DNA from: Pseudomonadota bacterium
GTDB taxonomy: Bacteria; Pseudomonadota; Alphaproteobacteria; CACIAM-22H2
Length of the DNA: 64,000 nt
Direction: 5' to 3'
Assembly (NCBI GenBank): GCA_041178225.1
Contig: JBEGVV010000024.1
Location: 7,676 to 71,675 of the forward strand
Positions 48,115 through 57,740 of the stretch are shown here, piece after piece (position 1 is the stretch's first letter; the number at the start of each line of letters is the position of its first letter). The position numbers were made by a program, and so were the translations under genes. The notes beneath the pieces were generated by a model. That model was given only the letters and a program-made list of their open reading frames with translations. It made no database searches and was not told where the DNA came from.

Positions 48115-49087
48115 GCCCCTCCTCTCCGTCCGCGAGCTCTCGCTCAGCTACCGCGTCGAGGCGGGCCTCGCCCGCGTGCTCGACGGCGTCAGCCTCTCGG
48201 TCGGCGCGGGCGAGATCGTCGGCCTCGTCGGCGAGTCCGGCTGCGGCAAGTCCACGCTCGGCCGCGCCGTCCTCGGCGCGCTGCCCCGCGGCAGCGTGGA
48301 GATCCATGGCGGCGCGGTGACGTTCCGCGGCCGCGACCTGCTCGCCATGCCCGAGGCCGAGGCCGCGCGCGAGATCCGCGGTCGCGCCATCACCCTCGTG
48401 CCGCAGGATCCCTTCACCTCCTTCAACCCGCTCTTCACGATCGGCACGCAGGTCCGCGACCTCGCGCGCTTCAAGCGCCCGGACCTCGCGAAGGCGAGGC
48501 GCGAGGCGCGCATCCTGGAGCTGCTCGACGCGGTCCAGCTGCCGCAGCCGCGCCAGATCCTCGACAAGTACCCGCACGAGGTCTCGGGCGGGCAGCGCCA
48601 GCGCCTGATGATCGCGATGGCGCTGCTGCCCGACCCGGCGATGATCGTCGCCGACGAGCCGACCACCGCGCTCGACGTGACGATCCAGGCGCAGATCCTC
48701 GGCCTGCTGCGCCGCCTCGCCAACGAGCATGGCTGCGCGGTGCTCTTCACGACCCACGACCTCGGCGCGGCCTACGAGATCTGCGACTCCATCGCGGTCA
48801 TGTATGCCGGCCAGAACGCCGAGGCCGCGCCGGTCGCGGACTTCTTCGACCGGCCGCGCCATCCCTACACGCGCGCGCTGCTCGGCAGCCTGCTCGACGG
48901 CAGCGGCCGGCTCCAGGGCATCCCCGGCGAGGTGCCCAGCCTCGTCACGCCCCCCGCGGGATGCCGCTTCGCGTCGCGCTGCGGGCGCGCGATCGACGCC
49001 TGCCGCGAGCGGCGTCCCGCCTTCGCGGATGCCGGCGGCGGCCACCTCCTCGCCTGCCACAATCCCGGGGAGCCCGCCGATGGCTGA
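48107..49087 (+). CDS. Oligopeptide-type ABC transporter ATP-binding protein (DppD-like), probable GTG start
   Basis: GESGCGKST Walker A, LSGGQRQR, and C-terminal Cys motif. The N-terminus in the ORF track is an extension. A GTG at about 48107 gives (M)[14 protein letters not shown], a typical start overlapping the permease stop. Confidence 0.7.
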   Translation: MAEPLLSVRELSLSYRVEAGLARVLDGVSLSVGAGEIVGLVGESGCGKSTLGRAVLGALPRGSVEIHGGAVTFRGRDLLAMPEAEAAREIRGRAITLVPQDPFTSFNPLFTIGTQVRDLARFKRPDLAKARREARILELLDAVQLPQPRQILDKYPHEVSGGQRQRLMIAMALLPDPAMIVADEPTTALDVTIQAQILGLLRRLANEHGCAVLFTTHDLGAAYEICDSIAVMYAGQNAEAAPVADFFDRPRHPYTRALLGSLLDGSGRLQGIPGEVPSLVTPPAGCRFASRCGRAIDACRERRPAFADAGGGHLLACHNPGEPADG

Positions 49088-50051
49088 GGCACAGGCGCCG
49101 ATCCTCGAGGTCCGGGGCCTCGGCAAGAGCTTCGACGTCCACGGCAGCTTCGGGCGCGTCAAGGCGCGGCTCCGGGCGGTCGACGACGTCAGCTTCTCGC
49201 TGGCCCGTGGCGAGGTGCTCGGCCTCGTCGGCGAATCAGGCTGCGGCAAGTCCACGCTCGGCAAGACGATCATGGGCATCCACGAGCCGACCGCGGGCGA
49301 GGTGCTCTTCGAGGGCAAGCGCATCGCGGGCGGCGGGTTCCGGCGCGACAATGCCATGCGCGCGCGCGTCCAGTACGCCTACCAGGATCCCGGCGCCTCG
49401 CTCGACCCGCGCTGGAAGCTGCGCGACTCCCTGCACGAGCCGCTGGTGGTCCACACGGACTGGCCGCGCGCGCGCCGCGACGAGCACGTGCGCGAGATCG
49501 TGCGCCTCGTGGGCCTGCCGGAGACGCATCTCGACCTCTACCCGCACGAGATCTCCGGCGGCCAGCAGCGGCGCGTCGGCCTCGCCCGCATCCTGACGCT
49601 GCGCCCCGAGGTCGTGGTGCTGGACGAGCCGACCTCGGGCCTCGACGTCTCCGTGCAGGCGACCGTGCTGACGCTGTTCCGCGACCTGCAGCGCGAGTTC
49701 GGCCTGACCTACATCCTCGTCAGCCACGACCTCGCCGTGGTGCGCACGATGTGCGACCGCGTGGCGGTGATGTATCTCGGGCGGATCGTCGAGATCGGGC
49801 CGACGGAGGAGATCTTCGCGCGACCGCAGCACCCCTACACGCGATCGCTGCTGGCGGCCACCCCGCGCATCGGCGGGCCGCGCATCGCGCGCGACTTCGC
49901 GCTCGGCGGCGAACCGCCGGATCCCGCGAACCTGCCCTCGGGCTGCCGCTTCCGCACGCGCTGCACCAAGGCGCAGCCCGGCTGCGCGGCGAGCGAGCCC
50001 GCGCTGCTCGAGGCCGGCGGCACGCGCGCGGCCTGCTTCCACCCGGGCTGA
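49080..50051 (+). CDS. Oligopeptide-type ABC transporter ATP-binding protein (DppF-like)
   Basis: [18 protein letters not shown]..., [17 protein letters not shown]. The ATG overlaps the upstream gene end. Confidence 0.8.
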   Translation: MAEAQAPILEVRGLGKSFDVHGSFGRVKARLRAVDDVSFSLARGEVLGLVGESGCGKSTLGKTIMGIHEPTAGEVLFEGKRIAGGGFRRDNAMRARVQYAYQDPGASLDPRWKLRDSLHEPLVVHTDWPRARRDEHVREIVRLVGLPETHLDLYPHEISGGQQRRVGLARILTLRPEVVVLDEPTSGLDVSVQATVLTLFRDLQREFGLTYILVSHDLAVVRTMCDRVAVMYLGRIVEIGPTEEIFARPQHPYTRSLLAATPRIGGPRIARDFALGGEPPDPANLPSGCRFRTRCTKAQPGCAASEPALLEAGGTRAACFHPG

Positions 50052-50064
50052 GGCGCGCGGGTCC

Positions 50065-50916
50065 TCAGCCGAAGCCGTAGAGCGTCGCCGGGTTGTCGAC
50101 GAGCACGCGCCGCGCGGTGGCGTCGTCGCCCGCCCACTCGACGAAGCGGTCGAGCAGCACGGAGATGTCGGGCTTCACGGCCTCGGTCGGGTGCGGCCAG
50201 TCGGTCGCCCAGAGCATCCGCTCCGGCGCGAGGCGCAGGAACGCGCGGGTGAGCGCGCCGACATCCGCGTAGCCGGGCGGCCCGGAGCGCGAGAAATGGT
50301 AGCCGGCGCTCAGCTTCACCCATGTCCGGCCGCGCTCGACGAGCCCCGCCGCGACGGCGAAGGCCGGATGCGCCGCGCCATCGGGATGCGGGATGCGCCC
50401 GAAATGGTCTAGGACCATGGTCACGGGCAGCGCTTGAAGCCGCGGCGCCGCGTCGACGAGCAGGTCGGGATCGAGGTGGAGCTGCAGGTGCCAGCCCATC
50501 TCGTCCACGCGCGCCGCCAGGCGCTCGAGGCGCGCGACGTTGCCGCGCGACGGGCCCACGGCCTGCAGCCGGACGCCCACGACGCCGCCGCGGCCAAGCG
50601 CGGCGAGGTCGGACTTGTCCTCGTCGCCGGAGACCACGGCGATCGCCCGCGCGCGCCCCGCGCCGAGGCGCGCGACCGCGTCGAGCGTGCAGGCATTGTC
50701 GGTCCCGTAGACCGAGGGCTGGATGACGACGCTGCGCGCGAAGCCGATCCGCGCCCGGAAGGCGGCGTAGTCGTCCGCCGTCGCGTCGCCCGGGCGGTAC
50801 TGCGCGCCGGGCACGAGCGGGAACCGCCCGTCATAGACGTGGTGGTGGCAATCCGTGGCCCCCGGCGGCGCGCGATGCGCCGGCGCCGAGGGACGAGGCA
50901 GCCAGCCCTCGCTCAT
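50065..50916 (-). CDS. Amidohydrolase-2 family metal-dependent hydrolase (PF04909-like)
   Basis: 283 aa with DCHHHVY (HxH metal motif), a later DHFG, and WATDWPH, all typical of amidohydrolase_2. Its ATG overlaps the stop of the large upstream gene. Confidence 0.75.
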   Translation of the reverse strand: MSEGWLPRPSAPAHRAPPGATDCHHHVYDGRFPLVPGAQYRPGDATADDYAAFRARIGFARSVVIQPSVYGTDNACTLDAVARLGAGRARAIAVVSGDEDKSDLAALGRGGVVGVRLQAVGPSRGNVARLERLAARVDEMGWHLQLHLDPDLLVDAAPRLQALPVTMVLDHFGRIPHPDGAAHPAFAVAAGLVERGRTWVKLSAGYHFSRSGPPGYADVGALTRAFLRLAPERMLWATDWPHPTEAVKPDISVLLDRFVEWAGDDATARRVLVDNPATLYGFG

Positions 50917-53150
50917 GGCGCGAAGGGCGCGGGGTCGATGAAGCGCCGCACCACGTTGGTCATCATGCGCGTGAGCAGGTTGTCGTAGCCGTCGATCGGC
51001 AGCGCGCCGACGAAGTTCATCGACCCGACCGAGAAGACCGCGCCACCCGCGGGCGTCTCGAAGAACACCATGTCGGAGCGGATGAGGTCCTCGAGCGGCG
51101 CGGGCCAGAGGAAGCCGAGGCGATCCTCGTTCACCGGCTTGAACTGCGGGTGGTCGACGACGGCGCTCGCCACGATCAGCGCGTGGCGCGGCGAACCGAG
51201 CCGCGGGTCCCAGCGGTCGAGTTCGTGCCCGGCCGCGCCGCCGCCCATGAAGCCGCGCTCGCCGATCTGCGTGCCTGGCCGCAGTTCGCCCTCCAGCCCC
51301 TCCCGCAGGAAGGCCACGCGCGGGTCCGCGACCGCATCGTTCACGGTGTAGGGGAAGCCGAGATAGATGCCCTGCGCCGAGAACCCGTTGCCGACGAGCT
51401 TCTGCGCTGGGCGGCCGATCTTGCGCCACAGCCCGCCATAGGAGCCGTCGAAGGCGTGGTAGCTCTCGCCGACCTCGGTCGCCCAGGTGCGGATGCCGTT
51501 CTCCGCGCGCCTTATCTCGAGCGCCCAGGGCGCCTGCTTGTTGAAGACGGTCTTCCAGTAGAAGCCGTTGCCGCCGAGATACATGAGCCTCCCGCCGCGC
51601 GCGAGGTGCCCCTCGAGCCCGTCGAGCATCTCGGTCGTGTAGTACTCGGGATGCTGGCAGCAGATCACGAGGCTGTAGGGCTCGAGCAGCGCCGCGCCCT
51701 CCGCGTGCAGGTCGTGGTCGGTGACCACGTCGTGCGGGATGCCCTTGCGGGTCAGCCAGTCGACCACGTAGCTGTCGACATTGACCCAGTAGGCGCCGGA
51801 TCCGTACTCCGCGGGATCCATCATCTCGAAATGGTTCACGCGCTTGTCGATCATCGGCCGCGCCATGCTGGCCATGGAGACGCCGCTGCCGTCGCTATGG
51901 AAGTTGTAGGGCGACAGGCCGAGTTCCGGGTTCTCGTCGGGCGTGTGCGTGATCGCGCCCCATTCGAGCGCGCGCGCGCGGTTGTTGCGCCCCCAGCCCG
52001 GCCGCACGTAGTTGCCGTAGACATGGTAGGTGACGGTCGGCAGCAGGATCGCGACCTTCGCCTTCGGGGCGTCCGCGGCCGGGCGCACGACGAAGGGCAC
52101 GTTGTCGAAGCCGTTCGCGCTCTTCAGGTGGACGGCGTAGATGCCCGAGGGCCAGTCCGCGGGGATCTTGAACTCGAGCGCCGGCGTCCAGCCGACATCG
52201 CCGATGTCGTCGTCGTGGAAATGGATCGCGCCCCACTCCGCCGGCGCATGGGTCCAGCGATGCTCCGCGCCGGACCAGTTCGAGCCGGTCATGGCGCGCG
52301 TGGGCATGTTCTCCACCGTGCCGGAGAAGCCGTGCGGCCCGATATCCGCGACGTCCAGCGTCGGGATGCCGATGGAGAAGTCCCAGCAGGCGACGAGGCC
52401 GGGTGCCGTGCCGCGCGGCGTCGCGCCGCGCTGGGACGCGAGCGCGTCCTCCGCGCGGGGACCCGCCCAGATGCAGGGCCGCTCGACCTTGCCGTTGTAG
52501 TGGTGCGACGGCTTGCCCGTCGCATCGGCGGCGGCGAGCGCGGCGATCGTCGCGCGGCCGACGCCCGGCGCCGGCGCGGCGTGCAGCGCGACCGAGGCGG
52601 ACCCGGCATCGGCGAAGCCGGGATGCGCCTCGCGCGGCCGCTGGCCGACCGAGAGCGTGCCGGCCGCCGGGTCGATCACGAGGAAGACGTCATACCAGGC
52701 GCGCTCGACGAGGACCTTGCCCGTGGCGACGCGGGTCGCGCCTGACCCGTCCTCCATGCGGGCGACGACGCCATCGGCGTCGATCTCCAGCGAGAGCAGC
52801 GCGCCCCCGGCGCCGCGCCAGCTCGCGACCACCTGCCGACCCCGCGCCGGGGTGGTCGGCCAGATCGTGGCGCAGAGCACGAGGCCGCGCGCGCAGCCGG
52901 AAAGGTCGAGGAGCGGGATGCGCGCCCAGGACCCGAGATGCGTCTTCTGGTCGAGGCCGGGATGCGTGCCCGCCAGCGGATGCGGCATCGCGACCTCGCG
53001 ATAGCCGGGCCCGCGGGGATTGGGGTCGCCGCAGATGATCCGCGCGAAGCGTGCCTCGAACGGCGCGTCCCCGGCCGAGCTCACCATCAGGCGGATCGAC
53101 TCGCCCGGCTTCGCGCTCCAGCGGTCCACGTAACCCAGCAACGGATGCAT
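50913..53150 (-). CDS. Large (745 aa) protein resembling the N,N-dimethylformamidase large (beta) subunit family; assignment tentative
   Basis: Starts MHPLLGYVDRWSAKPGESIRLMVSS. The C-terminal part has a glutamine-amidotransferase-like/ThuA-like fold signature (LVICCQHPEYYT, YLGGNGFYWK). The DMFase-family call is from memory; the upper half of track ORF 50913..55028 is an artefact. Confidence 0.55.
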   Translation of the reverse strand: MHPLLGYVDRWSAKPGESIRLMVSSAGDAPFEARFARIICGDPNPRGPGYREVAMPHPLAGTHPGLDQKTHLGSWARIPLLDLSGCARGLVLCATIWPTTPARGRQVVASWRGAGGALLSLEIDADGVVARMEDGSGATRVATGKVLVERAWYDVFLVIDPAAGTLSVGQRPREAHPGFADAGSASVALHAAPAPGVGRATIAALAAADATGKPSHHYNGKVERPCIWAGPRAEDALASQRGATPRGTAPGLVACWDFSIGIPTLDVADIGPHGFSGTVENMPTRAMTGSNWSGAEHRWTHAPAEWGAIHFHDDDIGDVGWTPALEFKIPADWPSGIYAVHLKSANGFDNVPFVVRPAADAPKAKVAILLPTVTYHVYGNYVRPGWGRNNRARALEWGAITHTPDENPELGLSPYNFHSDGSGVSMASMARPMIDKRVNHFEMMDPAEYGSGAYWVNVDSYVVDWLTRKGIPHDVVTDHDLHAEGAALLEPYSLVICCQHPEYYTTEMLDGLEGHLARGGRLMYLGGNGFYWKTVFNKQAPWALEIRRAENGIRTWATEVGESYHAFDGSYGGLWRKIGRPAQKLVGNGFSAQGIYLGFPYTVNDAVADPRVAFLREGLEGELRPGTQIGERGFMGGGAAGHELDRWDPRLGSPRHALIVASAVVDHPQFKPVNEDRLGFLWPAPLEDLIRSDMVFFETPAGGAVFSVGSMNFVGALPIDGYDNLLTRMMTNVVRRFIDPAPFAP

Positions 53151-53297
53151 CTCTTCCCTCCGGCTCCCTCGCGCGGCGCGGCGCCGCTCCCTTTCCCGCA
53201 TCTTGCCACGGCGCGCGTCCCCGCCCAGAGTGGAACTTCGGATGGACGGGGCGCAGTGCCCCGGTCCGGCGGGGACAAGCAGAGGGGAGACAACGAG

Positions 53298-54878
53298 ATG
53301 ATTCGATCCACCACGGGCCTGCGCATGCTCGCGCTCGCCGGAACCGCGCTGTTCGGCATGGCGGGGACCGCCGCCGCGCAGGGCTTCGAGTGCCCGCGCA
53401 AGGGCGGCGACCTCGTGTTCGGCCTCGAGGCGCGCGTCGCGACGCTCGACCAGCACGCGACCAACGCCGCGGCGCCGCGCAACGTCACCATGAACATCTT
53501 CGAGTCTCTGCTGACGCGCGACGAGGGGATGAACCCGATGCTCGAGCTTGCGGAGTCCGTCTCCGAGAGCACCGACAAGCTCACCTACACCTTCAAGCTC
53601 AGGCAGGGCGCCCGCTTCCACAACGGCAAGCTCCTGACCGCGGACGACGTGGTCGCGTCGTTCAACCGCTACAAGCGCCTCGGCATCGACCGCTCGATCC
53701 TCGACCAGATCGCGAAGTGGGAGGCCGCCGACGCCTCGACCTTCGTCGTCACGCTCAAGGAGCCGCGCCCGATCTTCATGGAGACGTTCTCGGCCTTCAC
53801 CACGCCGATCGTCATCATCCCGAAGGAGCACGAGGACGCCGGCCCGCAGCAGCTGCCGATCATCGGCACCGGGCCCTTCCAGCTCGTCGAGTTCGTGGCC
53901 GACAGCCACGTCAAGCTCAAGCGCTTCGACGGCTACAAGGCCGACACCCGCCACAAGGACGTCGTGGGCTTCGGCGGCTCCAAGACCGCCTGCCTCGACA
54001 CGGTCACCTTCCGCATGATGACCGAGCCCGCGGCGCGCATCGCGGCGCTCGAGGCCGGCGAGATCCATGGCTCCGAGGACGTGCCGACGCTCATGCAGAA
54101 GCGGCTGGCGTCCAACGCGAACATCAAGCAGGCCAACCTGAACAGCTTCTGGCTGCACGTCACCTACCCGAACTTCTCCTTCCCGCCGACGGACAACGTG
54201 AAGTTCCGCCAGGCCGTCCAGGCCGCGATGGACATGGAGGAGATCATGGAGGCCGCGAGCGACGGCAACTTCAAGCTCCACCACGCCCTGCAGTTCAACG
54301 GCAGCGCCTACTACTCCGACGTCGGCAAGGAGCTCTACAACCAGAAGAACAAGGACAAGGCCAGGAAGCTGCTCCAGGAGGCCGGGTACAAGGGCGAGAA
54401 GGTGACGCTGCTCACCAACCGAGAGTACCAGAGCATGTACAACACCTCGGTCGTGATGGCCGAGCAGATGAAGGCCGTCGGCATCAACGCCGAGCTGCTG
54501 ATCCTCGACTGGCCCGCCGCGCTCGACATGAGCATGAAGAGGAACGACGGCTGGAACTTCTTCTTCACCGGCTGGATCACGGTGACGGCCTCGGGCGGCC
54601 AGCAGTCGCTGCGCTTCCTCGTCGAGCCGACCAACGTGCACCGGCCCAAGGACAACAAGACGAACCCGGAGTTCAAGCGGCTCTTCGACTCGATCGGCGC
54701 GACCGCGTCGCTCGACGATCGCAAGGCCGCCTTCGCCGCGGCACAGCGCATCGCCTACGACGACGTCATGGTGATCCCGATGGGCACGCTGCCCAAGGGC
54801 CAGGCCGTGCGCGCGAACGTCGAGAACTTCAAGCCTTACTACATCCCGCGCATGTCCAACGTCTGGCTCAGGAACTGA
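53298..54878 (+). CDS. ABC transporter substrate-binding protein, family 5, orphan (no adjacent permease or ATPase genes)
   Basis: Signal peptide MIRSTTGLRMLALAGTALFGMAGTAAAQG. About 526 aa, Lys-rich. The ATG at 53298 is preceded by GGGGAGA. Confidence 0.8.
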   Translation: MIRSTTGLRMLALAGTALFGMAGTAAAQGFECPRKGGDLVFGLEARVATLDQHATNAAAPRNVTMNIFESLLTRDEGMNPMLELAESVSESTDKLTYTFKLRQGARFHNGKLLTADDVVASFNRYKRLGIDRSILDQIAKWEAADASTFVVTLKEPRPIFMETFSAFTTPIVIIPKEHEDAGPQQLPIIGTGPFQLVEFVADSHVKLKRFDGYKADTRHKDVVGFGGSKTACLDTVTFRMMTEPAARIAALEAGEIHGSEDVPTLMQKRLASNANIKQANLNSFWLHVTYPNFSFPPTDNVKFRQAVQAAMDMEEIMEAASDGNFKLHHALQFNGSAYYSDVGKELYNQKNKDKARKLLQEAGYKGEKVTLLTNREYQSMYNTSVVMAEQMKAVGINAELLILDWPAALDMSMKRNDGWNFFFTGWITVTASGGQQSLRFLVEPTNVHRPKDNKTNPEFKRLFDSIGATASLDDRKAAFAAAQRIAYDDVMVIPMGTLPKGQAVRANVENFKPYYIPRMSNVWLRN

Positions 54879-54948
54879 CGAACGACAAGGACGGTCCCTC
54901 CCCGCCGGCACCACCGGCGGGGAGGGTTCCGGCCGCGAGGCGCGCGCG

Positions 54949-56217
54949 ATGAACGAACGACCCAACCGCCCGCGCTTCCCCGGGGAAGGCGTTCCCCGCG
55001 AGCGGATACTGGCCGACCTCGCCGCCATGCAGGCTGGCGACGTCCCGGCCCATGGGTCGAGGAACCTGCGCCCGAACTACTACGTCGACGACGAGATCCT
55101 CGCGCTGATCGACGAGGTCTCCGCAAGGGTCGCGGAACAGAACGTCCTCTACGCCGGCAGCTCCTATCCCAGCATCGCGCGCATCGAGGCCGAGCTCGTC
55201 GAGATGGGCCTCGACCTGTTCGGCGCGCCGGTCGACGCCGCCGGCACCGTCACCACGGGCGGCAGCGAGAGCAACTTCCTCGCGGTGAAGGCCGCGCGCG
55301 ACCTCTTCGCCGCGCGCCGCGGCGGCGCAGGCGGCAGGCCAGAGCTCGTCCTCGCCCATACCGCGCATCCCTCCTTCGAGAAGGCCGCGCATTTCCTCGG
55401 CGTGCGCACCCGCCGCGCGAGCCGCAGCGTCGGCTTCGCCGCGGACGTCGAGGCGATGGCCGCGATGGCCGGGCCCGACACGATCATGATGGTGGGCTCC
55501 GCCCCGCCGGCCGCCTACGGGCAGGCCGACCCGATCCGCGAGCTCGCCACGATCGCGGCGCGCCACGGCATCTGGTTCCACGTCGATTCCTGCATGGGCG
55601 GGTTCTTCCTGCCCTTCGCGCGCGAACTCGGCGAGCCGGTGCCGGACTTCGACTTCCGCGTGCCAGGCGTGTGGTCGCTTTCCGCCGACCTGCACAAGTT
55701 CGGCTACGCGCCCAAGGGCGCCTCGCTGCTCCTGCTCGCCGACCGCGCGCATCTCGCCTTCCAGGAATACCGCTTCGAGGACTGGCCCTGGGGCCTCTAC
55801 GCCACCGCCGGCTTCTCCGGCTCGCGCCCCGCGGCGCCGGTGGTCGCGGCATGGAGCGTGATGCGCCGCCTCGGCAGGCGCGGCTACCTCGACGTCACGC
55901 GCCGTACCCTCGCCGTGAAGCACCGGCTCATGGACGGCGTGCGCGCCATCCCCGGCCTCGGCGTCGTCGGCCGGCCCGACGCCGCGCATTTCTTCGTCTT
56001 CGGCGATGGCCTCGACGCCTACGCCGTGGAGGAAGGCCTCTCGGCGCGTGGATGGGCGCTCGCGCGCGCGCGGCTGCCGGATTCCTTCCAGGTCTGGCCG
56101 GGCATCCCGCACGAGCAGAGCGCGGGCGAGTTCCTCGCTGACCTCGCCGAGGTCGCGGCGCAGGTGCGCGAGGCGGGCACGCGCTCGGCCGATCGCGCGG
56201 CGGTCTACGCGCGCTGA
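54949..56217 (+). CDS. PLP-dependent decarboxylase, group II (glutamate decarboxylase / sphingosine-phosphate-lyase-like fold type I)
   Basis: SADLHKFGYAPKG (PLP-Lys in the HK motif), TGGSESN, and HVDSCMGG. 422 aa. Confidence 0.75.
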   Translation: MNERPNRPRFPGEGVPRERILADLAAMQAGDVPAHGSRNLRPNYYVDDEILALIDEVSARVAEQNVLYAGSSYPSIARIEAELVEMGLDLFGAPVDAAGTVTTGGSESNFLAVKAARDLFAARRGGAGGRPELVLAHTAHPSFEKAAHFLGVRTRRASRSVGFAADVEAMAAMAGPDTIMMVGSAPPAAYGQADPIRELATIAARHGIWFHVDSCMGGFFLPFARELGEPVPDFDFRVPGVWSLSADLHKFGYAPKGASLLLLADRAHLAFQEYRFEDWPWGLYATAGFSGSRPAAPVVAAWSVMRRLGRRGYLDVTRRTLAVKHRLMDGVRAIPGLGVVGRPDAAHFFVFGDGLDAYAVEEGLSARGWALARARLPDSFQVWPGIPHEQSAGEFLADLAEVAAQVREAGTRSADRAAVYAR

Positions 56218-56224
56218 GCGCCGC

Positions 56225-56962
56225 CTAGGCGCCGATCTCCGCGAAGAGCCGGCCCCAGCCGCGGACGCGTCGCGCATCGACGCCGGCTCGGCGCAGGCTG
56301 CCCCAGAGCGCGGTCGCGACGCTGTCCAGCACGAGGACGCCGAGTTCGCGCTCCAGCGCCTCGACGACCGGCGCGCCCCGCATGTTCGTGCACAGCACGA
56401 CGACGGCCTGCGGGCGCGCCTTCGCGACCTCGCGCACGAGGCCCGCGATCGTCTCCCCGGAATACTCGGAGAAGGAGAAGTTGCCGCGGTCGCGCAGGTG
56501 CCGCTCCGCGACGCACTCGAAGCCCTCGCGCGCGAGGTTCGGCAGGATCCGCTCCTGGATCTCGTCGAGATAGGGCGTCACCAGCCCGTAGCGCGTCACG
56601 CCCGCGAGGCGGAAGATCTCCGCCAGCGCGAGGACCGAGGTCGTCGCGCCTATCCCCGTGCGCGCCTCGATCGCGGCGCAGAGCGCGCGGTCGCGGTCGA
56701 GCCCGAGCCAGCTCGCCGAGGTGCCGTTCCACGCGATCGAGGCAACGCGCGCGTCGGCGAGCAGGTCGCAGGCGGCGAGGATGGGCTCGAGGTCGAACTG
56801 GCCGAGAGCCTGGTCGCGCATCGAGATCTCGGTCACGCGGAAGCGCGCGAAATGCGCGGTGACGTCGGGCAGGCCAGAGAGCATCGCCGCGGTGACCGGC
56901 TCGAGCACCGTGTTCGATGACGGCGTCAGCATGCCAAGGAGCGTGCGCGGGCCCGGCGCCAT
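56225..56962 (-). CDS. Asp/Glu/hydantoin racemase superfamily protein (maleate isomerase / arylmalonate decarboxylase-like)
   Basis: GMLTPSSNTVLEP, and later LCTNM (catalytic Cys context). 245 aa. Confidence 0.7.
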   Translation of the reverse strand: MAPGPRTLLGMLTPSSNTVLEPVTAAMLSGLPDVTAHFARFRVTEISMRDQALGQFDLEPILAACDLLADARVASIAWNGTSASWLGLDRDRALCAAIEARTGIGATTSVLALAEIFRLAGVTRYGLVTPYLDEIQERILPNLAREGFECVAERHLRDRGNFSFSEYSGETIAGLVREVAKARPQAVVVLCTNMRGAPVVEALERELGVLVLDSVATALWGSLRRAGVDARRVRGWGRLFAEIGA

Positions 56963-56965
56963 GCC

Positions 56966-57724
56966 TCAGCCCTTGCCGCCGCCATCGCCGCGCAGCGCCG
57001 CGGCGAGCGCGTCGCCGATGCCGGTGCTCTCGCGCCCCGCGGGCGCGGCGAATGCCCCAGTCCGCGCCTTCGCGGCGCCGAGCCGGACCAGCGCCTCGGC
57101 CTGGCGGAAGGCGGCGGCCACGCCCTCGACGACCGGCACGACGCAGCGGGGCTGCAGGCGCGGCCCCGCCCCGGCCATGACCGCGCCGCTGATCACCGCC
57201 ACCTCGATGCCGTCGCGCTCGGCCATGTCGTTGATCGCGTCGGCGACCTGTGCGTCGACCGCGAGCGCGCCCTCGGGCGTGTAGACCGCGCGCGAGTCGA
57301 CGACGCGCCACGCCGCGAGCCGCGCGCCAAAGCCGTGCCCCTCGATCAGCGTGCGGTAGAGGGCCATCGAGCGCGCGTCGAAGGTGACGAAGCCGAAGCG
57401 GCCGCCGAGCTGGCGCGCGGTCAGCAGCGCCGCCTCGGTCATCGCGACGACCGGGATGGGCAGCAGCTCGCGCCCGGCGCGCAGGCCCGTGTCCCAGGAG
57501 ACGGCGACCAGCACCGCGTCGCAGCCCGGCGCGTGCCGCGCCATGAGCTCCACGGCAGCGTGCTCGCCAATGGCCATCTCGGTCCACGTCCCGATCACCC
57601 GGCCGCCGAAGCTGCCCGTGGCCTCGACGATCTCGGTGCCCGGCGAGGCCATGGCGCGCACGGCATCCGCCACGCGCCGGGTGACGAACTCCGACGTGTT
57701 GGCGTTGAGGACCAGCAGCCGCAC
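56966..57724 (-). CDS. Asp/Glu/hydantoin racemase family protein (HyuE-like), probable GTG start
   Basis: Conserved core begins (V/M)RLLVLNANTSEFVTRRVADAV. The upstream ATG at 57826 would overlap the amidase gene by 86 nt, so the GTG at about 57724, leaving a 16-nt gap, is preferred. Confidence 0.6.
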   Translation of the reverse strand: MRLLVLNANTSEFVTRRVADAVRAMASPGTEIVEATGSFGGRVIGTWTEMAIGEHAAVELMARHAPGCDAVLVAVSWDTGLRAGRELLPIPVVAMTEAALLTARQLGGRFGFVTFDARSMALYRTLIEGHGFGARLAAWRVVDSRAVYTPEGALAVDAQVADAINDMAERDGIEVAVISGAVMAGAGPRLQPRCVVPVVEGVAAAFRQAEALVRLGAAKARTGAFAAPAGRESTGIGDALAAALRGDGGGKG

Positions 57725-57740
57725 GCGGGCGCCCTGCCGC

